Shown in pieces: positions 1 through 8,421 of a stretch of DNA of 64,000 nt. The stretch spans positions 5,521-69,520 of the forward strand of contig CAVWRT010000003.1 in assembly GCA_963757585.1 (NCBI GenBank), read 5' to 3'. The position numbers and the translations under genes were made by a program. Source of the stretch: Rubricoccaceae bacterium (GTDB lineage: Bacteria; Bacteroidota; Rhodothermia; Rhodothermales; Rubricoccaceae). How positions within the stretch are numbered: the first letter of the stretch is position 1; each line of letters opens with the position of its first letter. The notes below the pieces were generated by a model. The model was not told the DNA's origin. It made no database searches and saw only the letters and a list, made by a program, of their open reading frames with translations.

Positions 1-23
1 GCCGTCGTCGTGGAGGCGTCGTA

Positions 24-2282
24 GTGGAGACGGCGACTCGCGTCCAGACCGTTGCGCTCGCGGGCAACCCGAACGTGGGCAAAACGACGCTTTTCAACGC
101 GTTAACCGGTAGCCACCAGAAGGTGGCCAACTACCCCGGCGTGACCGTCGAGCGCACGTCGGGCGCGCTCGCGGGTGCCGGCCTCGGCGCCGAGGTCGAG
201 GTGATCGACCTGCCGGGCACGTACAGCCTGGCGCCCAAGTCCATCGACGAGCGCGTGGCGTTCGACGCCCTCGTGGGCCGCATCCCGGGCGAGCCGGCGC
301 CCGACGTGGTCGTGTGCGTCGTCGACGCGACGAACCTGGAGCGCAACCTCTACCTGGTCACCCAGGTCCTCGACCTGGGCCTGCCGACGGTCGTGGCTCT
401 CAACATGACCGACGGCCTGGACGCGGCGGGCGTCGAGGTGGACGTGGCCGGCCTGCAGGCGCGCCTGGGCGTGCCCGTCGTCGAGACTGCCGCCCGGTCG
501 GGCCAGGGCGTCGACGCGTTGCGCGCGGCCGTGCTCGACCCGCCGCCGCCGGCAGAGGGCGTCGGCTGGACGCTGATGCCCGCCGTCGAGGCCGCGCTCG
601 CGCCCCTGGCCGACGCGCTCGCGGCCGAGGCGCCCGACGTGCCCGACGCCCAGCTCCGCGCCGAAGCGCTCGGCGCGCTCACCTCGGACCCGCTCTTGGC
701 GGCCTGGGAAACGGCGGCGCCCGCCTTCCACCGGCAGGTCGTCGAGACGCGCGCCGAGTTGGACGCGCGCCCGGTGATGTACCGCATGGCCGAGATGACC
801 GGCCGCTACGGCTGGATCAGCCCGGTCGCCGCCGACGTCGTCCGCCAGACCACCGAGGCGGGGCAGGCGACGGTCTCGGACCGGATCGACGCCGTCGTGA
901 CGCACCGCGTCTGGGGGCCGCTCATCTTCGGTGCGGTCCTGCTGGTCATCTTCCAGGCCGTGTTCAGCTGGGCCGTTCCGGCGATGGACGCCATCGAGTG
1001 GTTGGTCGGCGTCACCGGCGAGGGGATGCGGTCGGTCCTGCCGGACGGCGTGTTCGAGGACGTGATGGTCGAGGGCGCCCTCGCGGGCGTCGGCAACGTG
1101 CTGATCTTCCTGCCCCAGATCCTGCTGCTGTTCCTGTTCCTGGGCATCATGGAGGACACCGGCTACATGGCGCGGACGGCGTTCATCATGGACCGCGCCA
1201 TGCGCCGCGTTGGCCTGAGCGGAGGCTCGGTCGTGCCGATGCTCTCGGCCTATGCCTGCGCCATCCCCGGGATCATGGCCGCGCGGACACTCGCTGACGA
1301 GCGCGAGCGGATCATCACGATCATGGTGGTGCCGCTGCAGGGCTGCTCGGCGCGGCTGCCGGTCTACGTGCTGTTTATCGCGGCCTTTATCCCGACCGGC
1401 GCGGCGTTCGGCATCATCGGCTACCAAGGCTTGGCCATGACGGCGCTCTACGTGCTGGGCACGCTGATGGCGTTCGTCGCGGCCTGGGTGCTGCGGAAGT
1501 GGGTGTTTAAAGGCGGCGGCTCGTCGTTTGTGATGGAGCTTCCGCCGTACCGGCTCCCCCAGCCTCGGTACCTGTGGCGGCGGATGTGGGACCGCGCCAA
1601 GGTGTTCGTCGTCCGCGCCGGCAAGATCATCTTTGGGCTGAGCATCGTGCTGTGGTTTCTGGCGAGCTACCCCAAGACCGAGCTTCCGCCCGAGTTGGCC
1701 GCGCGCGCTGACGCGGCCGAGGCCCAGATTGCCGAGCGGTTCGTGGCCGTCGAGCCCGACGTCCGCGCCGAGCTCGGAGACACCCCAGCCGAGTCGGTCC
1801 GCAGCGCGACCGAGGCGGCCGATGCCGACGCCGTCCGCAACGAGGTCGCCGGCTACCAGGTGCGCAACAGCTACGTCGGCCGCTTTGGCCACGCCATCGA
1901 GCCGGTCATGCGCCCGCTCGGCTTCGACTGGAAAATCTCGGCCGGCATCGTCGCCAGCTTCGCCGCGCGCGAGGTGATCGTGTCGGCGCTGGCCACGATC
2001 TACAGCGCGGGCTCGGACGCCAACGAGGAGAGCCTGGCGCTGCGCGACGCCATCAAGGCCGACACGTACCCCGATGGAACGCCGGTGTTTACGCCTCTGG
2101 TGGCGGTCAGCCTGCTGGTGTTCTTCGTGTTCGCGCTGCAGTGCATGAGCACGCTCGCCATCGCCCGGCGCGAGCTCAACTCGTGGCTGTGGCCGGCCGT
2201 GATGTGGGGCTACATGTTCGCCCTGGCCTACGGCTTCTCGTTCGCGATCTACCAGGGCGGCAAGCTCTTGGGCCTGGGCTAG
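24..2282 (+). CDS. feoB: Ferrous iron transport protein B
   Basis: G1 GNPNVGKT, ANYPGVTVE, DLPGTYSL, LNMTD; C-terminal membrane gate domains (LFLFLGIMEDTGYMAR, CSARLPVY, AREVIVS). GTG start overlaps the TAG of an upstream ORF ending at 24. Confidence 0.96.
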   Translation: METATRVQTVALAGNPNVGKTTLFNALTGSHQKVANYPGVTVERTSGALAGAGLGAEVEVIDLPGTYSLAPKSIDERVAFDALVGRIPGEPAPDVVVCVVDATNLERNLYLVTQVLDLGLPTVVALNMTDGLDAAGVEVDVAGLQARLGVPVVETAARSGQGVDALRAAVLDPPPPAEGVGWTLMPAVEAALAPLADALAAEAPDVPDAQLRAEALGALTSDPLLAAWETAAPAFHRQVVETRAELDARPVMYRMAEMTGRYGWISPVAADVVRQTTEAGQATVSDRIDAVVTHRVWGPLIFGAVLLVIFQAVFSWAVPAMDAIEWLVGVTGEGMRSVLPDGVFEDVMVEGALAGVGNVLIFLPQILLLFLFLGIMEDTGYMARTAFIMDRAMRRVGLSGGSVVPMLSAYACAIPGIMAARTLADERERIITIMVVPLQGCSARLPVYVLFIAAFIPTGAAFGIIGYQGLAMTALYVLGTLMAFVAAWVLRKWVFKGGGSSFVMELPPYRLPQPRYLWRRMWDRAKVFVVRAGKIIFGLSIVLWFLASYPKTELPPELAARADAAEAQIAERFVAVEPDVRAELGDTPAESVRSATEAADADAVRNEVAGYQVRNSYVGRFGHAIEPVMRPLGFDWKISAGIVASFAAREVIVSALATIYSAGSDANEESLALRDAIKADTYPDGTPVFTPLVAVSLLVFFVFALQCMSTLAIARRELNSWLWPAVMWGYMFALAYGFSFAIYQGGKLLGLG

Positions 2283-2287
2283 CTCCG

Positions 2288-2312
2288 CCCGCCTCGGCAG
2301 CAACGCCGAGGC
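2288..2312. repeat. CCGCCTCGG-motif inverted pair after feoB
   Basis: cccGCCTCGGC-agcaac-GCCGAGGC. Confidence 0.75.
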
Positions 2313-2370
2313 AGAGCGAACGTGGCACGGCGACGCGGCGTAGAGACGGCCCATCACCGCTCCACGCGTT

Positions 2371-3837
2371 ATGTCCAGCCCCCACCTCGGCGTCGTCGGC
2401 CTCGGCGTCATGGGCCGCAACCTCGCCCTCAACGCCATCGACGCCGGGTTCGCCGTCGCGGGCACCGACCTGGGCGACGACGCGGTCGACCAGTTCAAGA
2501 CCGAGGCCGACGGCCGCGCCGTCGCGGCCACGACCGACCTCGACGCCTTTCTGGCGGCCCTGCCCACGCCCCGCAACATCTTGGTGATGGTGCCCGCCGG
2601 CAACGCCGTCGACTCGGTTCTCAAGGGCCTGGCGCCCAAGCTGGACGCCGGCGACCTGGTCATCGACGGCGGCAACTCGTACTTCAAGGACACCCAGCGC
2701 CGGCACGACGAGATGGAGGCCCAGGGCCTGCACTTTTTCGGCATGGGCGTCTCGGGCGGGGAGGAGGGCGCCCGGCGCGGCCCGTCCATGATGCCCGGCG
2801 GGCCGCAAGCGCCCTACGCGCGCGTGGCCCCGATCCTGGAGGGCATGGCCGCCGAGGTGGACGGGGAGCCGTGCGTGGCGCACCTCGGGAAAGGCGCCTC
2901 GGGCCACTACGTCAAGATGGTCCACAACGGCATCGAGTACGGGCTGATGCAGCTCTTGGCCGAGAGCTACGACCTGATGAAGCGCGGCGCCGGCCTGGAC
3001 AACGGCCGCATGGGCGATCTCTACGACGAGTGGAACCGCGGCGAGCTGCGCTCCTACCTGGTCGAGATCACGGCCGACATCCTGAAGCACCCCGAGACCG
3101 TCGCCGTGCACCCGCACGAGACGCCGGGCGACGAGTCCCCGCCCGAGGGCATGACCGGCGGCTACCTGCTCGACTTTATCCAGGACACGGCCAAGCAAAA
3201 GGGCACCGGCAAGTGGACCAGCCAGGACGCCATGGACCTGGGCGTCCCCACGCCCACGATCGACGCGGCCGTGACGAGCCGCTACGTCTCCGCGCTCAAG
3301 GACGAGCGCGTGGCCGCGGCGGACCTGTTGGGCACGCCCGCCGGACGCGCGCCCGGTGACGCCGGCGAGATCGCGGACGTGATGGGCGACGCCCTGCTGG
3401 CGGCGTTCCTGGTCACCTACGCCCAGGGCTTCGCCCTCCTCAAGCGCGCCTCGGACGCCTACGAGTTCGACCTCGACCTGGAGACCGTCGCGCGCGTCTG
3501 GCGCGGCGGCTGCATCGTCCGCGCCGACCTGCTGGAGACCTTTCGCGCGGCGTTCGACGCCGACGACGCGCTGCCCAACCTGCTGGTCGCGCCGGCCGTC
3601 GCCGACAAGCTGATCGGGCACCGCGGCGCGCTCCGCCGGGCGGTCGTGCTGGCGGCCCAGGCGGGCATCCCGACGCCGGCGCTCTCGGCGTCGCTGGGCT
3701 ACCTCGACGCCTACCGCAGCGCCTGGCTGCCCGCCAACCTGGTCGCGGCCCAGCGCGACTACTTCGGCGCTCACACCTTTCTGCGCACCGACCAAGACGG
3801 CTCGTTCCACGCCCAGTGGCAGCCGGCGGGGCTGTAG
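2371..3837 (+). CDS. gndA: 6-phosphogluconate dehydrogenase, NADP-dependent, decarboxylating
   Basis: GLGVMGRNLALN, DGGNS, GVSGGEEGA, KMVHNGIEY, QKGTGKWT, QRDYFGAHTF. Confidence 0.97.
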   Translation: MSSPHLGVVGLGVMGRNLALNAIDAGFAVAGTDLGDDAVDQFKTEADGRAVAATTDLDAFLAALPTPRNILVMVPAGNAVDSVLKGLAPKLDAGDLVIDGGNSYFKDTQRRHDEMEAQGLHFFGMGVSGGEEGARRGPSMMPGGPQAPYARVAPILEGMAAEVDGEPCVAHLGKGASGHYVKMVHNGIEYGLMQLLAESYDLMKRGAGLDNGRMGDLYDEWNRGELRSYLVEITADILKHPETVAVHPHETPGDESPPEGMTGGYLLDFIQDTAKQKGTGKWTSQDAMDLGVPTPTIDAAVTSRYVSALKDERVAAADLLGTPAGRAPGDAGEIADVMGDALLAAFLVTYAQGFALLKRASDAYEFDLDLETVARVWRGGCIVRADLLETFRAAFDADDALPNLLVAPAVADKLIGHRGALRRAVVLAAQAGIPTPALSASLGYLDAYRSAWLPANLVAAQRDYFGAHTFLRTDQDGSFHAQWQPAGL

Positions 3838-3903
3838 GGAAGTCGGCAGCCGAAAGGCGCGCCCAAGTCACCTCCCGCCGCCTCCTACCCTTCACCCTGC
3901 TCC

Positions 3904-5463
3904 ATGCCGCTTCCTGACTCTGTCCAGCTGGTCCTCTTCGGGGCCGGTGGCGACCTCGCCCATCGCAAGCTGATCCCGGCCCTCTACGACCTGCACCGCG
4001 AGGGCCACCTGCCGGCCGAGGTCGACATCGTGGGCGTGGACCTCAAGGAGATGTCCGATACGGACTTTGTCGAGTTCTCGTGCGACGCCTCGGACACCCA
4101 GGGCCGCTTTTTCCCCAAGGACGTCGACGCCGACAACTGGGCGCTCTTCGCCGAGCGGCTCAGCTACGTCACCGGCGACGCCACCGAGGCGGGCACGTTC
4201 GCCCGCCTCGGGCAGCGCCTCGACGACCTCGTGACCGACGGGCCGCGGCCGGACCGCGTGTTCTACCTGTCCGTGGCGCCGTTCCTGGTGGCGCACATCG
4301 CGCGGGGTTTGGCCCAGGCGGGCCTGCTGGATGATCCCGAGCGCGACCGGATCGTGGTCGAGAAGCCGTTTGGCCGCGACGAGGCCTCGGCGCTGGCGCT
4401 CGACGCGGTCCTGCTGGAGTCGGCGGTCGAGGACCAGATCTACCGCATCGACCACTACCTGGGCAAGGAGACGGTCCAGAACCTGCTGGCCTTCCGGTTC
4501 GCCAACGCCATGTTCGAGCCCATCTGGGACGCGCGCTACGTGGACCACGTCCAGATCACGGTCGCCGAGACGGTCGGCGTGGAGCACCGCGGCGGCTACT
4601 ACGAGACCTCGGGCGCCATGCGCGACATGGTCCAAAACCACCTGCTCCAGCTGCTCTGCCTGGTGGCCATGGAGCCCCCGGTCGCGTTCAAGGCCGACGA
4701 GGTGCGCAACAAAAAGGTGGACGTGCTCAAAGCCGTCCGCCCGATCACGCCCGAGCGCGTGCACCAGGTCGCGGTGCGAGGCCAGTACGGGCCGGGCTAC
4801 CAGGCCGGGGCCGAGGTGCCGGGGTATCGGGACGAGCCCGACGTGGCCCCGAAGTCGGCCACGGACACCTACGTGGCGCTCAAGCTGGAGGTGGACAACT
4901 GGCGCTGGAACGGCGTCCCGTTCTACCTGCGCACCGGCAAGCGGATGCCGCGGCGCGTGAGCGAGATCTCGGTCCAGTTCCGGCCGGTCCCGCACCGCGC
5001 CTTCCCGGCCGGCGCCGACGAGGCGTTCCAGCCCAACCGGCTCGTGATCCGGATCCAGCCCGACGAGGGGATCGTGCTGCGCTTCCAGGCCAAGCGCCCC
5101 GGCCCGTCGATGATGCTGCAGCCGGTCGCGATGCGCTTCGACTACGAGGACGCCTTCGACACGCCGCCCGAAGCCTACGAGACGCTGCTGCTCGACGCCA
5201 TCCGCGGCGACGCGACGCTGTTCATGCGCGCCGACCAGGTCGAGGCGGCCTGGCGCGTCGTGGACCCGGTGCTCGACGCCTGGGCGGCGACGCCGCCCGC
5301 CGAGTTCCCCAACTACGCCTCCGGTACGTGGGGCCCCGCCGCCGCCGACCGCATGCTGGCGCGCGACGGCCGCTCCTGGATCGAGCCCCTCCCCGCCGAC
5401 CCGATTCCGGTCGGCACGGCGCCCGAGGCCGTCGCCGAGGCGCACCCCGGCACGGTCGCCTAG
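3904..5463 (+). CDS. zwf: Glucose-6-phosphate 1-dehydrogenase
   Basis: FGAGGDLA, EKPFGRD, RIDHYLGKE, RDMVQNHLLQ, GVPFYLRTGK. Confidence 0.97.
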   Translation: MPLPDSVQLVLFGAGGDLAHRKLIPALYDLHREGHLPAEVDIVGVDLKEMSDTDFVEFSCDASDTQGRFFPKDVDADNWALFAERLSYVTGDATEAGTFARLGQRLDDLVTDGPRPDRVFYLSVAPFLVAHIARGLAQAGLLDDPERDRIVVEKPFGRDEASALALDAVLLESAVEDQIYRIDHYLGKETVQNLLAFRFANAMFEPIWDARYVDHVQITVAETVGVEHRGGYYETSGAMRDMVQNHLLQLLCLVAMEPPVAFKADEVRNKKVDVLKAVRPITPERVHQVAVRGQYGPGYQAGAEVPGYRDEPDVAPKSATDTYVALKLEVDNWRWNGVPFYLRTGKRMPRRVSEISVQFRPVPHRAFPAGADEAFQPNRLVIRIQPDEGIVLRFQAKRPGPSMMLQPVAMRFDYEDAFDTPPEAYETLLLDAIRGDATLFMRADQVEAAWRVVDPVLDAWAATPPAEFPNYASGTWGPAAADRMLARDGRSWIEPLPADPIPVGTAPEAVAEAHPGTVA

Positions 5464-5469
5464 CCACAC

Positions 5470-5501
5470 CGCCCGCCTCGGGAGGCTCGCCGAGGTGGGC
5501 G
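5470..5501. repeat. CCGCCTCGG-motif inverted pair after zwf
   Basis: CGCCCGCCTCGG-gaggctcg-CCGAGGTGGGCG. Confidence 0.8.
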
Positions 5502-5563
5502 GGGGCGGCCTTGCGGCCCGGCCGTGACGCCGTTACCCTGGGGCTCCCCGCCTCGGTGATCTC

Positions 5564-7018
5564 GTGCGCCTGTTCGCGTTTCTGCTCGTCGCCTCTACCG
5601 CCGGGGCCCAGGCCCCGGACCCGCGCCCGGCCTGGACCTACGACCCGGTCGCGGTCGGCAACGTCCGCTCCTACGCCCAGGGGGGCGTGGCCAACCCGTA
5701 CTGGCGCGTGGACCACCCGACCGAGGTCACGTTCGACGGCCAGCGCTGGGTGGTCCGGCGGGCGCAGCGGTTCGGGCGCCTCCCAGGCGGCGAGCAGAGC
5801 CGGAGCGAGTCGCGCTCGCTCGTCCGCTTCGACTCGGTGGCGGCCAACGTGGTCTACGTGGCTCCGCTGCTGGGGCGAGCGCCCGAGCTGCTGTACCCCT
5901 GCCGCCTCGACGTGCCGCTGACGCCTCCCGAGGGCGGCACATGCGGAGACGGCATCGGCTACGTCAAGACCGCCGGCGGCCGCCTGTCGTTCGACGACCC
6001 GGCGGGATTCCGAACGGACCTCCAAGCGGGCATCGGCCGGGTCAGCGGCGACACTGACTTTGGCCCGCCCTTCGAGATCGTCGGCGCCCTCATCGACGGG
6101 GACACGCTGCTCGCCGAGCCCGAGGCGTTCCCCGACTCCCGGATCGACCCGACACCTGCGACCCGCTACGCGCCCATGAGCGTCGGCGACGAGTGGCAGT
6201 ACGAACGCTCGGAAGGAGCCGCCGGCCCGGGCCGGCCCGTCTACCGCCGGGTCCAGGCCGTCGAGGCGCGCGAGATCGACGGGCGCGTCTACCTCGGCGT
6301 CCGCCACGGCTCCTTTGTCCAGGGGCAGGGCGACTGGGCGTACTCGGCCGAGACCACCTACGCGCGGTTCGACACGCTCTCGGCCCGCGTCGTCGGCCCC
6401 GATGGCGTTTTGCAGGGCGGCGCGTGCTCGTTCGACGAGCCGACGTCCCGCCCCGGTGGCGACGCGGTCTTTTGCGAGGTCGTCGAGTACGCGCCGCAGA
6501 GCGTCGCCGTGGGATCGGTGGGGACCGTCCAGGTCGGGGCGGACGAGATCGAGGCCCGGCTCCGCGAGTACCTCTACACCGGCCTCGCCGATTTCTCGTG
6601 CGGCCAGGGCGTCTACGCCGCCGGCCTCGGCTACGTCGGCTACGAGTGCTCGGCGCCGGGCGCCTACGAGCGCCTGATCTACGCCCGCGTCCGCCAGCCC
6701 GACGGCACCGTCCTCGAACTCGGCCGGCGCTACGCCGTCTCCGCCCGCCTCGGCCCCGAGGTGGAGGGACTTGCGCTGACGGCCGGGCCGAACCCGACGG
6801 CCGGGCTGGTGACGCTGCGGCTCCGCCTGCCCGCTGGGGGCGCCGTCCGGTGGCAGGCGTTCGACGCCCTCGGTCGCGTGGTCTGGCAGCGCGACGAGAT
6901 CCGAGCCCGGGGCGACGCCGCGCTCGCGCTCGACGCCTCCGACTGGCCCGCCGGGCTCTACCAGGTCCGCACGGCGACCGAGGCGGGCGGGGTCACAGCG
7001 ACGGTCGTCCGGCGCTAG
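5564..7018 (+). CDS. Secreted protein with T9SS type-A C-terminal sorting domain and two internally repeated domains
   Basis: Signal peptide MRLFAFLLVASTAGA; C-terminus GPNPT...AFDALGRVV...LDASDWPAGLYQVR...VVRR typical of a T9SS CTD. Confidence 0.85.
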   Translation: MRLFAFLLVASTAGAQAPDPRPAWTYDPVAVGNVRSYAQGGVANPYWRVDHPTEVTFDGQRWVVRRAQRFGRLPGGEQSRSESRSLVRFDSVAANVVYVAPLLGRAPELLYPCRLDVPLTPPEGGTCGDGIGYVKTAGGRLSFDDPAGFRTDLQAGIGRVSGDTDFGPPFEIVGALIDGDTLLAEPEAFPDSRIDPTPATRYAPMSVGDEWQYERSEGAAGPGRPVYRRVQAVEAREIDGRVYLGVRHGSFVQGQGDWAYSAETTYARFDTLSARVVGPDGVLQGGACSFDEPTSRPGGDAVFCEVVEYAPQSVAVGSVGTVQVGADEIEARLREYLYTGLADFSCGQGVYAAGLGYVGYECSAPGAYERLIYARVRQPDGTVLELGRRYAVSARLGPEVEGLALTAGPNPTAGLVTLRLRLPAGGAVRWQAFDALGRVVWQRDEIRARGDAALALDASDWPAGLYQVRTATEAGGVTATVVRR

Positions 7019-7870
7019 AGCGTGTTATGGACTCGTAGGCGTCGCGATAGCTTCGGCGGATGCCGCACCGCTACCCCTCCGATGTCTCGGACGACGAGTG
7101 GGCCTTCGTCGCGCCCTACCTCGCACTCCTCGCCGAGACCGCGCCGCAGCGCCGACACGACCTCCGGCGCTCGTTCGACGCGCTCCGCTACGTCATCCGC
7201 TCCGGCTGCCCGTGGCGCTACCTGCCGGGTGACTTCCCACCCTGGGCGGCCGTCTACCAGCAGAGCCAGCGCTGGATCCGAGCCGGCGTCTTCGAGACCA
7301 TCGCTCATGATCTGCGGGTGCTGCTGCGCGGCGTCTCGGGACGGCGTGCGCACCCGTCGGCGGCGATCCTGGACAGCCGCACGCTGCGTTCGACGCCCGA
7401 GAGCGGCGCCCGGGCGACGTACGACGGCGGCAAGCGCATGAAGGGCTCCAAGGTCCACATCGCCGTCGACACGCTCGGGCACCTGCTCGCGCTGGTGGTG
7501 ACGCCGGCCAAGGCGCAGGACCGCGACCAAGTCGGGGCGCTCAGCGAGGCCGTACAGCGCGTGACTGGGCAGACGGTGACGCTGGCCTACGTCGATCAGG
7601 GCTACACCGGTGAGCGTCCTCGCACGGCGGCCGCAGCGCACGGTATCGAACTGGCGGTCGTCAAGCACACCGAGGCCAAACGCGGCTTCGTGCTGCTGCC
7701 GCGGCGCTGGGTGGTCGAGCGCAGCTTTGCGTGGGTGGCGCGCTTCCGTCGGATGGCGCGCGACTACGAGCGGCTACCGGAGACGGTGGCGGGCATCCAC
7801 CTGGCGGGCTTCGTGATGGTGATGCTGGGCCAGGCGCTGCCTCATCTCGCCGCGAGTCCATAACACGCTC
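7018..7870. mobile_element. IS5-family insertion sequence (~853 bp) with perfect 17-bp terminal inverted repeats and TA target duplication
   Basis: GAGCGTGTTATGGACTC (7018-7034) and GAGTCCATAACACGCTC (7854-7870); flanked by TA on both sides (cTA|...|TAg); single transposase ORF inside. Confidence 0.93.
7060..7863 (+). CDS. IS5-family DDE transposase (IS1031-like, single ORF)
   Basis: YPSDVSDDEW N-terminus, GCPWRYLPGDFPPW, ILDSRT, KVHIAVDTLG, YVDQGY, RWVVERSFAW. Confidence 0.95.
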   Translation: MPHRYPSDVSDDEWAFVAPYLALLAETAPQRRHDLRRSFDALRYVIRSGCPWRYLPGDFPPWAAVYQQSQRWIRAGVFETIAHDLRVLLRGVSGRRAHPSAAILDSRTLRSTPESGARATYDGGKRMKGSKVHIAVDTLGHLLALVVTPAKAQDRDQVGALSEAVQRVTGQTVTLAYVDQGYTGERPRTAAAAHGIELAVVKHTEAKRGFVLLPRRWVVERSFAWVARFRRMARDYERLPETVAGIHLAGFVMVMLGQALPHLAASP

Positions 7871-7877
7871 TAGCCCA

Positions 7878-7901
7878 GCCCGCCTCGTCGCCGAGGCGGG
7901 C
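7878..7901. repeat. Motif inverted pair between IS and convergent gene
   Basis: GCCCGCCTCG-tcgc-CGAGGCGGGC. Confidence 0.85.
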
Positions 7902-8315
7902 CTAGTGGTCGCCGATCACGCGCCCGGCGTGCGGCCGCGTGTCGTCTCCAAACCGGATCTCGTGCGGCACGTCGTTGCGCTGCGGGTCGGGGTTGACGAG
8001 CCCGCCGGTGATGGGCGTCTCGAAGGCGGTCGCGAACGGAGCCACGGCCGAGAACCAGAAGTCCTGCTGGAACTCGTAGAAGTCGGGGTCGAAGCCCAGG
8101 GCGTCGCCGTCGTGCCCGACCACGTCGAGGTAGACCGTGCGCGGCCAGTCGGGAAACTGGTCCTGGGCCTGTCGCAGCAGGGCCATGAGGTCTGTCGCGG
8201 CCTGCTCGAACGAGTCGTCGGCCAGCACCACGTGGTAGACCGCGACGGTGTTGTCGAAGCCCATGTGCACGCCCGGGCTGTCGGGCTTGGCGTAGTCGGG
8301 GGCAGAGTCTGACAT
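7902..8315 (-). CDS. Hypothetical protein (137 aa, acidic)
   Basis: ATG ORF with genome-typical codon usage; TAGCTT hexamer upstream (8339-8344, minus strand); no recognised motif. Confidence 0.7.
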   Translation of the reverse strand: MSDSAPDYAKPDSPGVHMGFDNTVAVYHVVLADDSFEQAATDLMALLRQAQDQFPDWPRTVYLDVVGHDGDALGFDPDFYEFQQDFWFSAVAPFATAFETPITGGLVNPDPQRNDVPHEIRFGDDTRPHAGRVIGDH

Positions 8316-8421
8316 GGCAGCAGAAGCGGGGCGCCCGAAAGCTAGCCGTCCGGGCTGAGGCCGAGGTGAAGCGCCGAGGGGTTCCCGGCAGCGCCTGCGG
8401 GTCCGTGCCTGCGCGAACCGG

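Noticed and set aside
1..24. 3' end of an upstream ORF, possibly feoA
   Set aside because: Only seven codons are visible; identity cannot be supported.
102..2789. Very long antisense ORFs (also 18687-20918, 39492-42047, 61273-63909 and others)
   Set aside because: Shadow frames of well-identified genes caused by high GC3; no motifs of their own.
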